A stretch of DNA of 32,000 bases from an uncultured Nitrososphaerota archaeon (GCA_964480775.1 CAYZRF010000019.1:1-32000), one strand, 5' to 3'; counted from the stretch's first letter, positions 1-8,306 are shown. Notes: generated by a model not told the origin, from the letters alone. Translations and numbers: made by a program.

Positions 1-695
1 GGTTTTGGATACGCCGTTTCCTGAATGTATTTCGCGGCCCGTTCCTCAGCATCTCCACCAATCTCACCTACTAATACTACTGCCTCTGTATCTTTGTCTT
101 CCCTCAACATCTCGAGGACATCTACGAAATCTAAGCCAGTGATTGGATCGCCGCCGACCCCTATGGTAACGGAAGTTCCTAAACCCTCTTTCTTCAAAGC
201 AATCGATATCTCATACGTGAGAGTGCCACTTCTTGAGATAAGGGCTATTTTCCCTTCAGAGAAAGCATCAGCTGGCATTATCCCTAGTTTAACTCCCTCT
301 TTAGGAGAAATGATGCCAGGAGTGTTGGGTCCTATAATGGTGCAGCCCCTCATTTTGGCATAGGATATGGCTTTCATCGCGTCATGAACTGGTATTCCCT
401 CTGTAATGACTACCAGCAGCGGAATTTCATAGTTTACAGCCTCTATTATTGCGTCAAAAGCAAAAGGGGCCGGGACAAATAGGACAGAGGCATCTATCTC
501 TCCAAATTTGTTGACCACATCCATAACGCTGTCAAACACAGGTACGCCATGAACTTTCTCTCCTCCCTTTCCTGGCGTCACGCCAGCAATTATGTTCGTG
601 CCATAGTCCAGCATTAACCTGCTGTGCTCCCTTCCTTGGGTACCTGTGATCCCTTGGACGATTACCCTCATATCTCTCTTGACCAGTATCGTCAT
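1..695 (-). CDS. sucD: succinyl-CoA synthetase (ADP-forming) alpha subunit, 3' end cut by the window edge
   Basis: My own minus-strand translation from ATG 695-693 gives [45 protein letters not shown]...[11 protein letters not shown]...GVGGDPI. This shows the CoA-binding N-terminus and the SRSGTLTYE signature of SucD. The ORF runs off the window, so it is not in the ORF track. The 25..363 + ORF is its antisense shadow. Confidence 0.9.
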   Translation of the reverse strand, partial: MTILVKRDMRVIVQGITGTQGREHSRLMLDYGTNIIAGVTPGKGGEKVHGVPVFDSVMDVVNKFGEIDASVLFVPAPFAFDAIIEAVNYEIPLLVVITEGIPVHDAMKAISYAKMRGCTIIGPNTPGIISPKEGVKLGIMPADAFSEGKIALISRSGTLTYEISIALKKEGLGTSVTIGVGGDPITGLDFVDVLEMLREDKDTEAVVLVGEIGGDAEERAAKYIQETAYPK

Positions 696-861
696 TTTGA
701 TCGTTCAGACCTACTGTTACTCAAAATTAAAATCTTTGAACCTCCGACATCGGGGCTAGATCGAGAGGACATGTCAAAAACATGCTTATAGGGCTCTTGC
801 GCTCAAATAAGACCTCGCTCAACTTTATAGCTAACTCTTCCAAGAAGGAGTGGAGAAACTT

Positions 862-1992
862 ATGCGATTGCTGGAAGCCGAGTGCAAGAAGTTGTTATCC
901 GAGTACGGAATAGCTGTTCCTAAAGGATCAATTATCCAAAAACCCGAAGAAGCACGTGAAGTCCTCCCCAAAATTGGAGGAAAGGCGGTACTAAAGATCC
1001 AGATTCCAAGAGGACAAAGAGGAAAGGCTGGAGGGATAAGACCCGTCTATTCTCCAGAAGAGGCCTATAATCAAGCTCAAGAACTATTAAACTCCACTTT
1101 TTACGGATATAAGCCCGCATATCTTCTTGCAGAGGAATTTGTAGAGGCAGAGAGAGAAATATACATAGGAGCCATAGTTAACAGGTCAGAGCGCACGGTG
1201 ATCTTTCTTTCCTCCAGATATGGGGGAATGGAAGTGGAGGAAATGGCAGCTGAGCATCCAGAATCCCTACTTAAGATCTCAATTGACCCTATTTTAGGTC
1301 TAATGCCTTATCAAGCAAGGATGATAGCAAAGAACGCCCTACCAGACAGAACAGATTTGCGCAAAGGGCTGATGAAGATGATATTCAACCTTTGGAAGCT
1401 TTTCCATGCGATGGATGCTATAATGTTGGAGATCAACCCCTTTGCAGTAACCAAGGACGGACGGCTGCTTGCCCTAGATGTAAGGATGGAGGTAGATGAT
1501 AACTCCCTGTATAGACACCCCGACCTCACTAAGAGGGTTTACGCCCTAAAAGAGTCGGAGAGAAAGGCAAGAGAGTATGGAATAGCATATGTGGAGTTGG
1601 ACGGTAACATAGGAACAATGGCTAATGGAGCTGGTTTAGCTATGGCAACGATGGATCTAGTGCACATCATGGGAGGAAAGCCAGCTAACTTCTGTGATGT
1701 TGGAGGAGGGGCTTCGGCTGATAGAATTAGAAGAGCGCTTGAGATAATAACCTCAAACCCTAAGGTGAAAGTCATCCTAGTGAACGCGCTATGTGGCATA
1801 ACAAGCGGTGTAGAGGTAGCAAAAGGAATAGCTGAAGCTATTGCTGGAATGGAAAAGAAACAGACCTTTGTAATAAGGCTATCTGGAAACCGTGCCAAGG
1901 AGGGAAGGCAGATATTAAAGCAAGCTGGAATAGAGGCTTTAGAAGACGCCAGAGAAGCAGTAAACAAGGCCATAGAAATAGCAAGAGGATGA
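862..1992 (+). CDS. sucC: succinyl-CoA synthetase (ADP-forming) beta subunit
   Basis: The ORF track gives 850..1992 with a GTG start. The in-frame ATG at 862 gives MRLLEAECKKLLSEYGIAVPKG, a typical SucC ATP-grasp N-terminus. A GGAGTGGAG Shine-Dalgarno motif sits 6 nt upstream. The NIGTMANGAGLAMATMD motif is present. Confidence 0.9.
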   Translation: MRLLEAECKKLLSEYGIAVPKGSIIQKPEEAREVLPKIGGKAVLKIQIPRGQRGKAGGIRPVYSPEEAYNQAQELLNSTFYGYKPAYLLAEEFVEAEREIYIGAIVNRSERTVIFLSSRYGGMEVEEMAAEHPESLLKISIDPILGLMPYQARMIAKNALPDRTDLRKGLMKMIFNLWKLFHAMDAIMLEINPFAVTKDGRLLALDVRMEVDDNSLYRHPDLTKRVYALKESERKAREYGIAYVELDGNIGTMANGAGLAMATMDLVHIMGGKPANFCDVGGGASADRIRRALEIITSNPKVKVILVNALCGITSGVEVAKGIAEAIAGMEKKQTFVIRLSGNRAKEGRQILKQAGIEALEDAREAVNKAIEIARG

Positions 1993-2037
1993 AATCCCTT
2001 TTCAAGGGAGGAAAATCGAAAGAGAATCATTGTTAGG

Positions 2038-2043
2038 TTTTTT
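2038..2043 (+). terminator. oligo-T tract downstream of sucC, preceded by a small hairpin (CCCTT-TTC-AAGGG at 1996-2008)
   Basis: A run of six T lies 46 nt after the sucC stop. Archaeal termination typically uses oligo-T. Confidence 0.35.
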
Positions 2044-2090
2044 GATCTTCTAAAAGTGCTCAATGGTAGGTTCTCAGGGAGAAGGTAGAA

Positions 2091-2098
2091 TTTATTAA
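2091..2098 (+). promoter_or_regulatory. TATA box (TTTATTAA) for tRNA-Lys
   Basis: It lies 23-30 nt upstream of the tRNA 5' end at 2121. The other tRNA genes in this window show the same spacing. Confidence 0.5.
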
Positions 2099-2120
2099 TC
2101 GATCCAACAAATGACCTCTT

Positions 2121-2213
2121 GGGCCCGTAGCTCAGCATGGTAGAGCGACCGGCTCTTAACCCATTCTCGGTGGAGAGACCGGTAGGTCAGGGGTTCGAAG
2201 CCCCTCGGGCCCG
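2121..2213 (+). tRNA. tRNA-Lys (anticodon CTT) with a 19-nt intron at the canonical 37/38 position
   Basis: Acceptor stem GGGCCCG/CGGGCCC. D arm GCTC-AGCATGGTA-GAGC. Anticodon stem ACCGG/CCGGT, interrupted after CT-CTT-A. T arm AGGGG-TTCGAAG-CCCCT. Discriminator G. No encoded CCA. Confidence 0.9.
2159..2177 (+). other. tRNA-Lys intron (ACCCATTCTCGGTGGAGAG); junction ambiguous by 1 nt because of A/A
   Basis: Removing it restores a 7-nt anticodon loop, CTCTTAA. A 3-4-3 bulge-helix-bulge can be drawn. The central helix pairs CTCT (2153-2156) with GGAG (2172-2175), and the bulges are TAA (2157-2159) and AGA (2176-2178). Confidence 0.75.
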
Positions 2214-2232
2214 CTAATTAATTTTTAGCTAA

Positions 2233-2240
2233 TTTTATTA
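2233..2240 (+). promoter_or_regulatory. TATA box (TTTTATTA) for tRNA-Gly
   Basis: It lies 25-32 nt upstream of the tRNA 5' end at 2265. Confidence 0.5.
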
Positions 2241-2264
2241 GTATTGAGCGATGTTAAACAATAT

Positions 2265-2338
2265 GCGGCCGTAGTCCAGCCTGGATAGGATGGGGGCCTC
2301 CCGAGCCCCAGACCCGGGTTCAAATCCCGGCGGCCGCA
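2265..2338 (+). tRNA. tRNA-Gly (anticodon CCC)
   Basis: Acceptor stem GCGGCCG/CGGCCGC. Anticodon stem GGGGC/GCCCC with loop CT-CCC-GA. T arm CCGGG-TTCAAAT-CCCGG. Discriminator A. 74 nt, no intron, no encoded CCA. Confidence 0.93.
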
Positions 2339-2396
2339 TCTCTTTCAAGGAAAAATCATCTGAAATGTATTCAAAACTCTCATTTCTTCTTTAAAA

Positions 2397-2415
2397 GACA
2401 AAAATAAGGAAAAAA
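2397..2415 (-). terminator. oligo-T tracts (minus strand) downstream of the peptidase / Cys-rich gene pair
   Basis: The plus strand reads AAAAGACAAAAATAAGGAAAAAAGG, so the minus strand carries T6 and T5 runs about 45-65 nt after the stop at 2461. Confidence 0.3.
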
Positions 2416-2460
2416 GGATTAAAACGATATTGCTGGAATGATAACAATGATTCCGAGGCT

Positions 2461-2841
2461 CTATATCTCTCCTTTATAATAGATCGTTGCTGGACAACAA
2501 AGGCATCTACTGAAAGATGGACATGTAGAACAGTCAGCCCCGCAAGGCGAGATTTTTGATTTCTTCTTAGGTAGTCTTATCCTCAAAATTTGAGGATAAT
2601 GCACCTTTTCCACAATTATAACTTCGGCTTTTGAGAGGCCAAGAGTTTCTCCTGGCTTTTTCTCAAGGTATTCTATCCACCACTGCTGTTTTCTTGGCAA
2701 GAAATAGATAGCATATAGCCTGTTCTTGTTAGTCGCCATCAAGTTTACGTAAGGGCATTCCTTGTATGCATTGCAGATTTTCTCCGCTTTATCTTTAGAC
2801 TCAGCTTCACCCATTAAAATTCCACAAATCATCTTTTGCAA
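2461..2841 (-). CDS. small Cys-rich hypothetical protein: a possible Lrp/AsnC-ligand-domain-like N-terminal half plus a C-terminal six-Cys cluster
   Basis: ORF-track protein of 126 aa. The start at 2841 is TTG, with GGAG 10 nt upstream; an alternative ATG lies at 2832. The C-terminus CGADCSTCPSFSRCLCCP has 6 Cys in 18 residues. Its CGxxCxxCP part resembles the first motif of DUF3795-type metal-binding proteins; this comparison is from memory. Confidence 0.6.
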   Translation of the reverse strand: MQKMICGILMGEAESKDKAEKICNAYKECPYVNLMATNKNRLYAIYFLPRKQQWWIEYLEKKPGETLGLSKAEVIIVEKVHYPQILRIRLPKKKSKISPCGADCSTCPSFSRCLCCPATIYYKGEI

Positions 2842-2847
2842 AACTTT

Positions 2848-4731
2848 TCAACTCCACTGGAGAGTGGATGGTGCGCTATCCATTTTAATTATGATCAAAT
2901 TCTTGATTAGTAGCTTCTTTTTTAAGAGCCAGTGAGTCACTAAAACAAAAAATACTATGAGAGAAACGAGAATGATCGCTAATAACATAAATGACGTGTC
3001 GAATTTTCCACTTCCCATAGCTTCTTCTCCTCTAATCCAGCTCTGATCTTTTCCAGGGATTATGTCATTAGGATCTACAACTACCTGTACTGGTTCGCAA
3101 GAAAGCTGAAGATGGAGCACGCATATAGTGTCATTCACCCAAGCGCATAACGAAGTATTGGACCCATCCTCACAAAAGAACAAAAGAGGTACTGGAAGAG
3201 AGAAGGCAGAACCATTCGCTACCTTCTGTACGATGGCGATATCCACAATGTATTGCTTACCTAGCCTGCGAGACGTAAGGTTTGCTATCTCGTAGGATGG
3301 TGTTCCGCTTCCAAAAATCCATCTATCAAAGAACCAATCAAGCCGTTGTCCGTAGCTTGTTTCAAATGCATTAATGAGATCTTTAGGCTTGGCGACATCA
3401 AACTTGTTCTGATCGAAGTATAGTCTAAGCCCCCTAAAGAAAGCTTCTTCCCCGATCAATGAGCTAAGAAGGCGGAGAACCATGGCCCCTTTAGAGTAAA
3501 CTATGGCGTTATAGGCTTCTAAGGAGGGAAAATCATCCATAGAAGATGCGATAGGGAGATCCTTACCTTCTGCAATGTATTCATAATAATTATTGATCAC
3601 GTATTCGTCGAACGCTTTAAGAAAGCCCTTATCTCCGTAGACGAACTTGTAGTAAAGCATGCTTGAGTATTCTGCTAATGCTTCATCAAGCCACGGATCG
3701 TCATATTGATCGTTTCCTACAATACCATACCACCATTGATGGGCAACTTCATGTGTGATAACCCTCTGGAGAAAATTCCAGCTGGAAGAACCAATAATTT
3801 CCTTAGAATAGAGCCTCGACGAGATGAACACAATCGTTGGGTACTCCATTCCACCAAACCAGCCGTGAACTTCGGCTACTCTAAACTCTGGGTAAGGATA
3901 CTTTCCAAAAACTCTGCTAAAGATCTCTAAAGATCTTGCTGCAACTTCTGCTGCAAAAACTCCCGCCTCCTTGTGTTCTGGGAGATAATAGGAGTATATC
4001 GTGACGTTTTCCCACGTAACACTGTAAACTTTATAATTTGGACTGAGGGCCAGGGCAAAGTCCCTTACGTTGCTTGCAATCCAAGTCTGAATAGTCATAT
4101 TTCCTATTTTATGCTCTTCAACCAGGCTTCCCGTGGCTGCTATAACCTGGTTTCTCTCAGCTCTAATTTTGACAGTGAAGTCAGCACATTCGCTGTAAAA
4201 CGACTCTCCTATGGAAACGTAAGGGTGGGAGATCCAACTTCCATCTTCCATAACTGCAAGTATGGGAAACCAATTTCCTAAAGCCATTATTCTCTCATAA
4301 TATCCAAATCTATCCTCAGCGTTTGGTACCTTAACTATATAGCTCAAATTTACCCGAATCTCTTCTTTATAAGAGACGCCAGAAGGAAGCGGGATCGACA
4401 ATGTAGTGTTATCTTTTTCTAAGAACCAAAATTTTTCAACAGGAATTCCATTAACGCTAACGTTAGTAATTTCTATCAGTCCACTAGGCTTGAATGCGTT
4501 TGGAAAAACCTTAAAGCGAACGTCTACTACCTTATTTGGAAGAATAAGAAGGACTGACTGATTTGCTTTCAGCACACCTGATTCAAGATCTACTAAGAGG
4601 TCTATCCAGTACTTAGGACGTTTTTCTAAGCCCGCATCACCACTTAGTCTAAGCAATGAGGCTTGAATGCATAGTAACAAGAGGAAGCACACAAGTGAGA
4701 GGTGCTTGATCTGTGTTTCGTGAAACCCCAA
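2848..4731 (-). CDS. M1-family zinc metallopeptidase (aminopeptidase N-like), membrane-anchored and probably extracellular
   Basis: It carries HEVAH-x18-E (HEXXH-X18-E) and a GGMEYP exopeptidase-motif variant. The N-terminus has a hydrophobic signal or anchor (LSLVCFLLLLCIQASLL). The C-terminus has a TM helix (FMLLAIILVSLIVFFVLVTHWLL). N-x-S/T sequons are numerous. The start codon is TTG at 4731 with no in-frame ATG nearby. An AT-rich TATA-like element at 4756-4766 fits a leaderless transcript. Confidence 0.85.
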   Translation of the reverse strand: MGFHETQIKHLSLVCFLLLLCIQASLLRLSGDAGLEKRPKYWIDLLVDLESGVLKANQSVLLILPNKVVDVRFKVFPNAFKPSGLIEITNVSVNGIPVEKFWFLEKDNTTLSIPLPSGVSYKEEIRVNLSYIVKVPNAEDRFGYYERIMALGNWFPILAVMEDGSWISHPYVSIGESFYSECADFTVKIRAERNQVIAATGSLVEEHKIGNMTIQTWIASNVRDFALALSPNYKVYSVTWENVTIYSYYLPEHKEAGVFAAEVAARSLEIFSRVFGKYPYPEFRVAEVHGWFGGMEYPTIVFISSRLYSKEIIGSSSWNFLQRVITHEVAHQWWYGIVGNDQYDDPWLDEALAEYSSMLYYKFVYGDKGFLKAFDEYVINNYYEYIAEGKDLPIASSMDDFPSLEAYNAIVYSKGAMVLRLLSSLIGEEAFFRGLRLYFDQNKFDVAKPKDLINAFETSYGQRLDWFFDRWIFGSGTPSYEIANLTSRRLGKQYIVDIAIVQKVANGSAFSLPVPLLFFCEDGSNTSLCAWVNDTICVLHLQLSCEPVQVVVDPNDIIPGKDQSWIRGEEAMGSGKFDTSFMLLAIILVSLIVFFVLVTHWLLKKKLLIKNLIIIKMDSAPSTLQWS

Positions 4732-4815
4732 ATACCTCAGAAATTGATTGTCTTTGATATTAAAAACAGGTTACTGATTTCTAGCCATGCAAAAGTTGTT
4801 CGTCCAAGAAATAAG

Positions 4816-4904
4816 TGGTGCGGGGGCCGGGATTTGAACCCGGGCGGGCCTACGCCCACCAGCTCCTAAGGCTGGCGCCTTGGACCTAGCTTGGCTACCC
4901 CCGC
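4816..4904 (-). tRNA. tRNA-Leu (anticodon TAG), long variable arm, CCA encoded
   Basis: The reverse complement reads GCGGGGG-TA-GCC-AAGCTAGGTCCAA-GGC-G-CCAGC-CT-TAG-GA-GCTGG-TGGGCGTAGGCCCGC-CCGGG-TTCAAAT-CCCGG-CCCCCGC-A-CCA. Confidence 0.92.
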
Positions 4905-4927
4905 CAATTCAATCTAAAAGAAGCTTC

Positions 4928-4936
4928 TATTTTTAT
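4928..4936 (-). promoter_or_regulatory. A/T-rich TATA-like element (ATAAAAATA on the minus strand) for tRNA-Leu
   Basis: It lies 24-32 nt upstream of the tRNA 5' end at 4904. Confidence 0.35.
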
Positions 4937-4940
4937 TCCT

Positions 4941-5945
4941 TTACTTAACTTGAAGAAGGTCAGGCACGACGTATGGAATCTCAGAATAGCTCTCAATCTG
5001 GATAAATCTTCCATTCCCCAACCTAGCAAGATCTTCACATACCCTACGGCCTCTGATATTCCCAATTGGTCCAGGAGCGAATATGACATTCAACCTTCTC
5101 ATATCAACAGCTACTTCTCTAGGATCCCCTCCAACATTATAGTTTCCATCAGTTATAAGCAAGTAAACATATTCTCCCTTCATTTTTTCTCCTTCTTTCT
5201 TAGCTATCTCCAAAGCCTTCTTTATATTCGTATACCCTATCGGAACAACATCTAATATATCTTCAATCAACTTAGTTGCTTCAGTTGGGCTTGAGGCCCT
5301 TCGAACATCTGCATCGCTGTTAAATGTGATGAGGCAGAGTTCTCCTCCCCTAAGTAGATGAGCAGCCACAGATGCAGAAATTGCCGCATGAGCTATTTTT
5401 TCTCCGCTCATTGAACCGCTCGTGTCGAGGATTATTATGGCCTTGGCTTTTCGTTCCATTCTTCCTAATCCAACAACGTGATCGTAGGTAATTAGTTCGG
5501 GAGAACACGCACTTTCAAGAATTCGCTCAATAGTCTCCTCTAGGTCAAAATCGTCTCCGGGTTCGTAATATTTTCTTACTCTGATTGATTTCCCACGAAC
5601 ATGGGAGACTATCCTTTTTCCTCCCCTCATTATTGCTTTGGCAACGAGTCTTCTGAAAGCCTTCCTCATGGACTCGTTTATACCCCATCTAGTCGAGCGG
5701 TAAAGTATAACGGACTTTATAGGATCTAACTCCAGCTGGGGGGCTATTTCATCTATAGATATCTCTGAAAGGGCCCTAGAAACAACGATCCAGTTGAATC
5801 TAGCAATTAACATTAGCAGATCAATATTTCCTTTCAAAATAGCTCTTAAGGATAGTTGAAAGATGTCTTCATACTCCAAAGCCTCGAATTCGTTTAGAAA
5901 TTCAAATTCCTCTTTTGAAATGTCTTCCTCTAACTCAAACGTCAT
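4941..5945 (-). CDS. VWA-domain protein (CoxE-like)
   Basis: The MIDAS motif is present in IIILDTSGSMSG, followed later by LITDG. The N-terminal part resembles the pre-VWA region of CoxE-like proteins (YEPGDDFDLEETI). Its start overlaps the MoxR stop in ATGA at 5942-5945. Confidence 0.85.
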   Translation of the reverse strand: MTFELEEDISKEEFEFLNEFEALEYEDIFQLSLRAILKGNIDLLMLIARFNWIVVSRALSEISIDEIAPQLELDPIKSVILYRSTRWGINESMRKAFRRLVAKAIMRGGKRIVSHVRGKSIRVRKYYEPGDDFDLEETIERILESACSPELITYDHVVGLGRMERKAKAIIILDTSGSMSGEKIAHAAISASVAAHLLRGGELCLITFNSDADVRRASSPTEATKLIEDILDVVPIGYTNIKKALEIAKKEGEKMKGEYVYLLITDGNYNVGGDPREVAVDMRRLNVIFAPGPIGNIRGRRVCEDLARLGNGRFIQIESYSEIPYVVPDLLQVK

Positions 5946-6832
5946 CGGGGCTCTTGGCCCCTCAGATAAAGGAAATTTTCCTCAACAACTTCTTCCTGTA
6001 ACACTTCCTCCACAATTCTCTTTATGATATCCTCTCTTCTACCCTTCAAATCCTCTCTTATATCTATTCGCTCAGGAAGGATCATGAGAGCAATGTCTAA
6101 CCATTCTTTGGGTGAAAGATCTTTGCCATATGTCTTTGCTAACAAGGCCATGTCTATGGCCGCTCGGATAGAAGCACCTCTCCTTATATTCGGATCTTCT
6201 CTAGTTTTCCTAACTATTCTAACGCTGTACGATATTATATCCTCTTTTTTAACCCCCGCTCTTTGCCTAACGATCTCCATTTCCTCTTCCTCTGACTGAT
6301 AATCCAGCTTTACCAATACAAACCTGTCCTTAAGTGCCTCTGAAAGCCTTGTAACACCAATACTCTCTTCAGGATTTTGGGTAGCTATTATTATGAATTC
6401 CTCCTTAGCTTTTAGGGTACCAAGGTTGGGAATAGATATTATACCCTCATCCATAACGGGAAGGAGGGCATTTTGAGCAGATTCTGAGAGCCTATTCAGC
6501 TCATTGATGAAAAGAACGCTTCCAGATAGTGCTGCCTTGGTTAATGGACCTTCAACAAAAGCCTCTCTCACATATCCCTTATTTATGACCATCGGTGGAT
6601 CCCAATAACCGATGAGTTTTGCCTCTGTTAGTCTTTCATCACCATCCACCCGAATGAAACCTCGCTTTAGGTACTCTGCAATAGATCTTGCCAGCAAAGT
6701 TTTGCCTATTCCTACAGATCCCTCAAGCAACACGTGTTTCCCAGCTTTAATCGCCATTAGTATCTTTCTTATCTCAGAATCTCTTCCTATTATTCCATAT
6801 TTCTCCTTAATCTCTTGAACTTCGTCGTCCAT
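5942..6832 (-). CDS. MoxR-like AAA+ ATPase (CoxD-like)
   Basis: Walker A is LLEGSVGIGKT and Walker B is VLFINELNR. The motif IIATQNPEESIGVTRLSEALKDRF is typical of the MoxR family. Confidence 0.88.
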   Translation of the reverse strand: MDDEVQEIKEKYGIIGRDSEIRKILMAIKAGKHVLLEGSVGIGKTLLARSIAEYLKRGFIRVDGDERLTEAKLIGYWDPPMVINKGYVREAFVEGPLTKAALSGSVLFINELNRLSESAQNALLPVMDEGIISIPNLGTLKAKEEFIIIATQNPEESIGVTRLSEALKDRFVLVKLDYQSEEEEMEIVRQRAGVKKEDIISYSVRIVRKTREDPNIRRGASIRAAIDMALLAKTYGKDLSPKEWLDIALMILPERIDIREDLKGRREDIIKRIVEEVLQEEVVEENFLYLRGQEPR

Positions 6833-6923
6833 AGCATGATACCTGCCCTTTCAATTTCTCATTTCTCAATCTTACATTCCATGTTGGAGGTAATAAAGAT
6901 GGCTTAAGCCTCAGATCTTATTT

Positions 6924-7613
6924 CTATTCTTCAGGAGCACCTAATACGATATTTACACCGGAACTAGTTCCAATACGGGTTGCTCCTGCCTCTATCATAG
7001 CAATAGCTTGCTCATAGGTTCTTATACCTCCTGCCGCCTTAATCCCCAACCTTTCTCCAACAGCTTCCTTCATGATCCTGACGTCCTCAATCGTGGCTCC
7101 TCTTGGACCAAAGCCAGTGCAGGTCTTGACGAAATTGGCACCAGCTTCTTCGGCAAGCCTGCAACCAATTATGATCTCCTCTCTTGAAAGTAGACCAGTT
7201 TCTAAGATCACTTTAATTACTCCTTCTGGCTGAACAGATTTGAAGGAGTCAACAACGGCTATTATATCTTCCCTAACAACGTCTTGATTCCCAGCTTTCA
7301 AGGCTCCAATGTTGATTACCATGTCTACCTCATCAGCCCCTTCAGTTCCAGCTATTTCCGCTTCAAAAGCCTTTACTTCCCTGAAAGTAAAGCCCAAGGG
7401 AAATCCTATTGTAGCAGAAACTTTTATCGACGTATTCTCAAGCAGCTGTTTTGCTAGAGGCACATAATAAGGACTGACACAAACGGAATAGAAGTTATAC
7501 GTCTTTGCCTCTTCAACTAACTTCCTAATATCGTCTGGCGTTGCTTGAGGGCTTAACTTCGTGTGGTCTATATATCTAGCAATTTGGCTTCTAGTTAATC
7601 TCACAATAATCAC
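6924..7613 (-). CDS. deoC: deoxyribose-phosphate aldolase
   Basis: 229 aa. IDHTKL lies near the N-terminus, and the Schiff-base lysine context FVKTCTGF and IKAAGGIRT are present. The start is GTG at 7613. Confidence 0.88.
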   Translation of the reverse strand: MIIVRLTRSQIARYIDHTKLSPQATPDDIRKLVEEAKTYNFYSVCVSPYYVPLAKQLLENTSIKVSATIGFPLGFTFREVKAFEAEIAGTEGADEVDMVINIGALKAGNQDVVREDIIAVVDSFKSVQPEGVIKVILETGLLSREEIIIGCRLAEEAGANFVKTCTGFGPRGATIEDVRIMKEAVGERLGIKAAGGIRTYEQAIAMIEAGATRIGTSSGVNIVLGAPEE

Positions 7614-7654
7614 CCATTGAAGCGAATTAGTTGATTTACCTTAAATTCTAACCT

Positions 7655-8242
7655 TCAATACTTATGAGCCTTCTTCCTAAACCAGGCTTCTATAAAGGAG
7701 AGAACTATCTCAAATGTTTCCCTAGCCTCAAGTCTTGTATTATCTAAAACCAGATGGAAAGGAGACAAATCCTCACCAAGTTTAAACCCGTATATAGCCT
7801 CGTAAATCTCTATAGATTCATTATCTTTCAACTTTATCCTTCTAACGGCCTCATCATAGGAGATACTATCTCTCCTCATAACTCTTCTAGCCCTTTCCTT
7901 AAGATCGGCTTTTAGAAAGATGGCTACCTTGTCCTCTGCCTTGAGCAGGTAAGGCATCGTCCATGAATCAAGAACAACATCTCCTTCCTCTTCAGCAAGC
8001 TTCATGAGTTCACCATCAACTTTTCTATCAAAAGTAGGATCTTCCTTTCTCATTTTCATTGCAATGGCTCCTATGTCCCTTTCCCACCACCCTACATCTC
8101 CAACCATTTTATTTCCGGAGATTACCCTTTTTAGAGCGTCTCCTCCAGAGTAGTATGGGATATTGTAGTACTTAGCTAGCTTTTTACCAAGCGTGCTCTT
8201 ACCGCTGCCAGTAAAGCCAGAAATGCATATCTTCAACCGCAT
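7655..8242 (-). CDS. cmk: P-loop nucleoside-monophosphate kinase, archaeal cytidylate-kinase-like
   Basis: P-loop ISGFTGSGKST. Length (195 aa) and motif order (DRKVDGE...VVLDSW...FLKADLKERARRV) match archaeal-type Cmk as I recall it. Substrate specificity is not certain. Confidence 0.65.
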   Translation of the reverse strand: MRLKICISGFTGSGKSTLGKKLAKYYNIPYYSGGDALKRVISGNKMVGDVGWWERDIGAIAMKMRKEDPTFDRKVDGELMKLAEEEGDVVLDSWTMPYLLKAEDKVAIFLKADLKERARRVMRRDSISYDEAVRRIKLKDNESIEIYEAIYGFKLGEDLSPFHLVLDNTRLEARETFEIVLSFIEAWFRKKAHKY

Positions 8243-8306
8243 TCCCCCCTTCTTATTGTATTCTCAATGTTTTAGGGTTCAATGTGGCTAGGTACATAAC
8301 AACCTT

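Noticed and set aside
25-363. 112-aa plus-strand ORF at the left edge
   Set aside because: It lies antisense to the clearly recognisable sucD coding sequence, in the typical shadow frame. Its Ser/Pro/Thr-rich composition is junk-like.
1539-2138. 199-aa minus-strand ORF
   Set aside because: It is antisense to sucC and runs into the tRNA-Lys gene. Its Ser/Leu/Phe-rich shadow-frame composition also argues against it. The same reasoning applies to 932..1120 and 1311..1529.
2339-4815. Possible integrated element between tRNA-Gly and tRNA-Leu
   Set aside because: I found no integrase, no direct repeat of a tRNA 3' end, and no obvious compositional break by eye. The interval holds only two genes, the M1 peptidase and the Cys-rich protein.
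4941-6832. MoxR-VWA pair as part of a defence system
   Set aside because: No nuclease, protease-effector, sensor-NTPase or other defence-associated partner gene is adjacent. The surrounding genes are housekeeping, so a chaperone or maturation role is the conservative reading.
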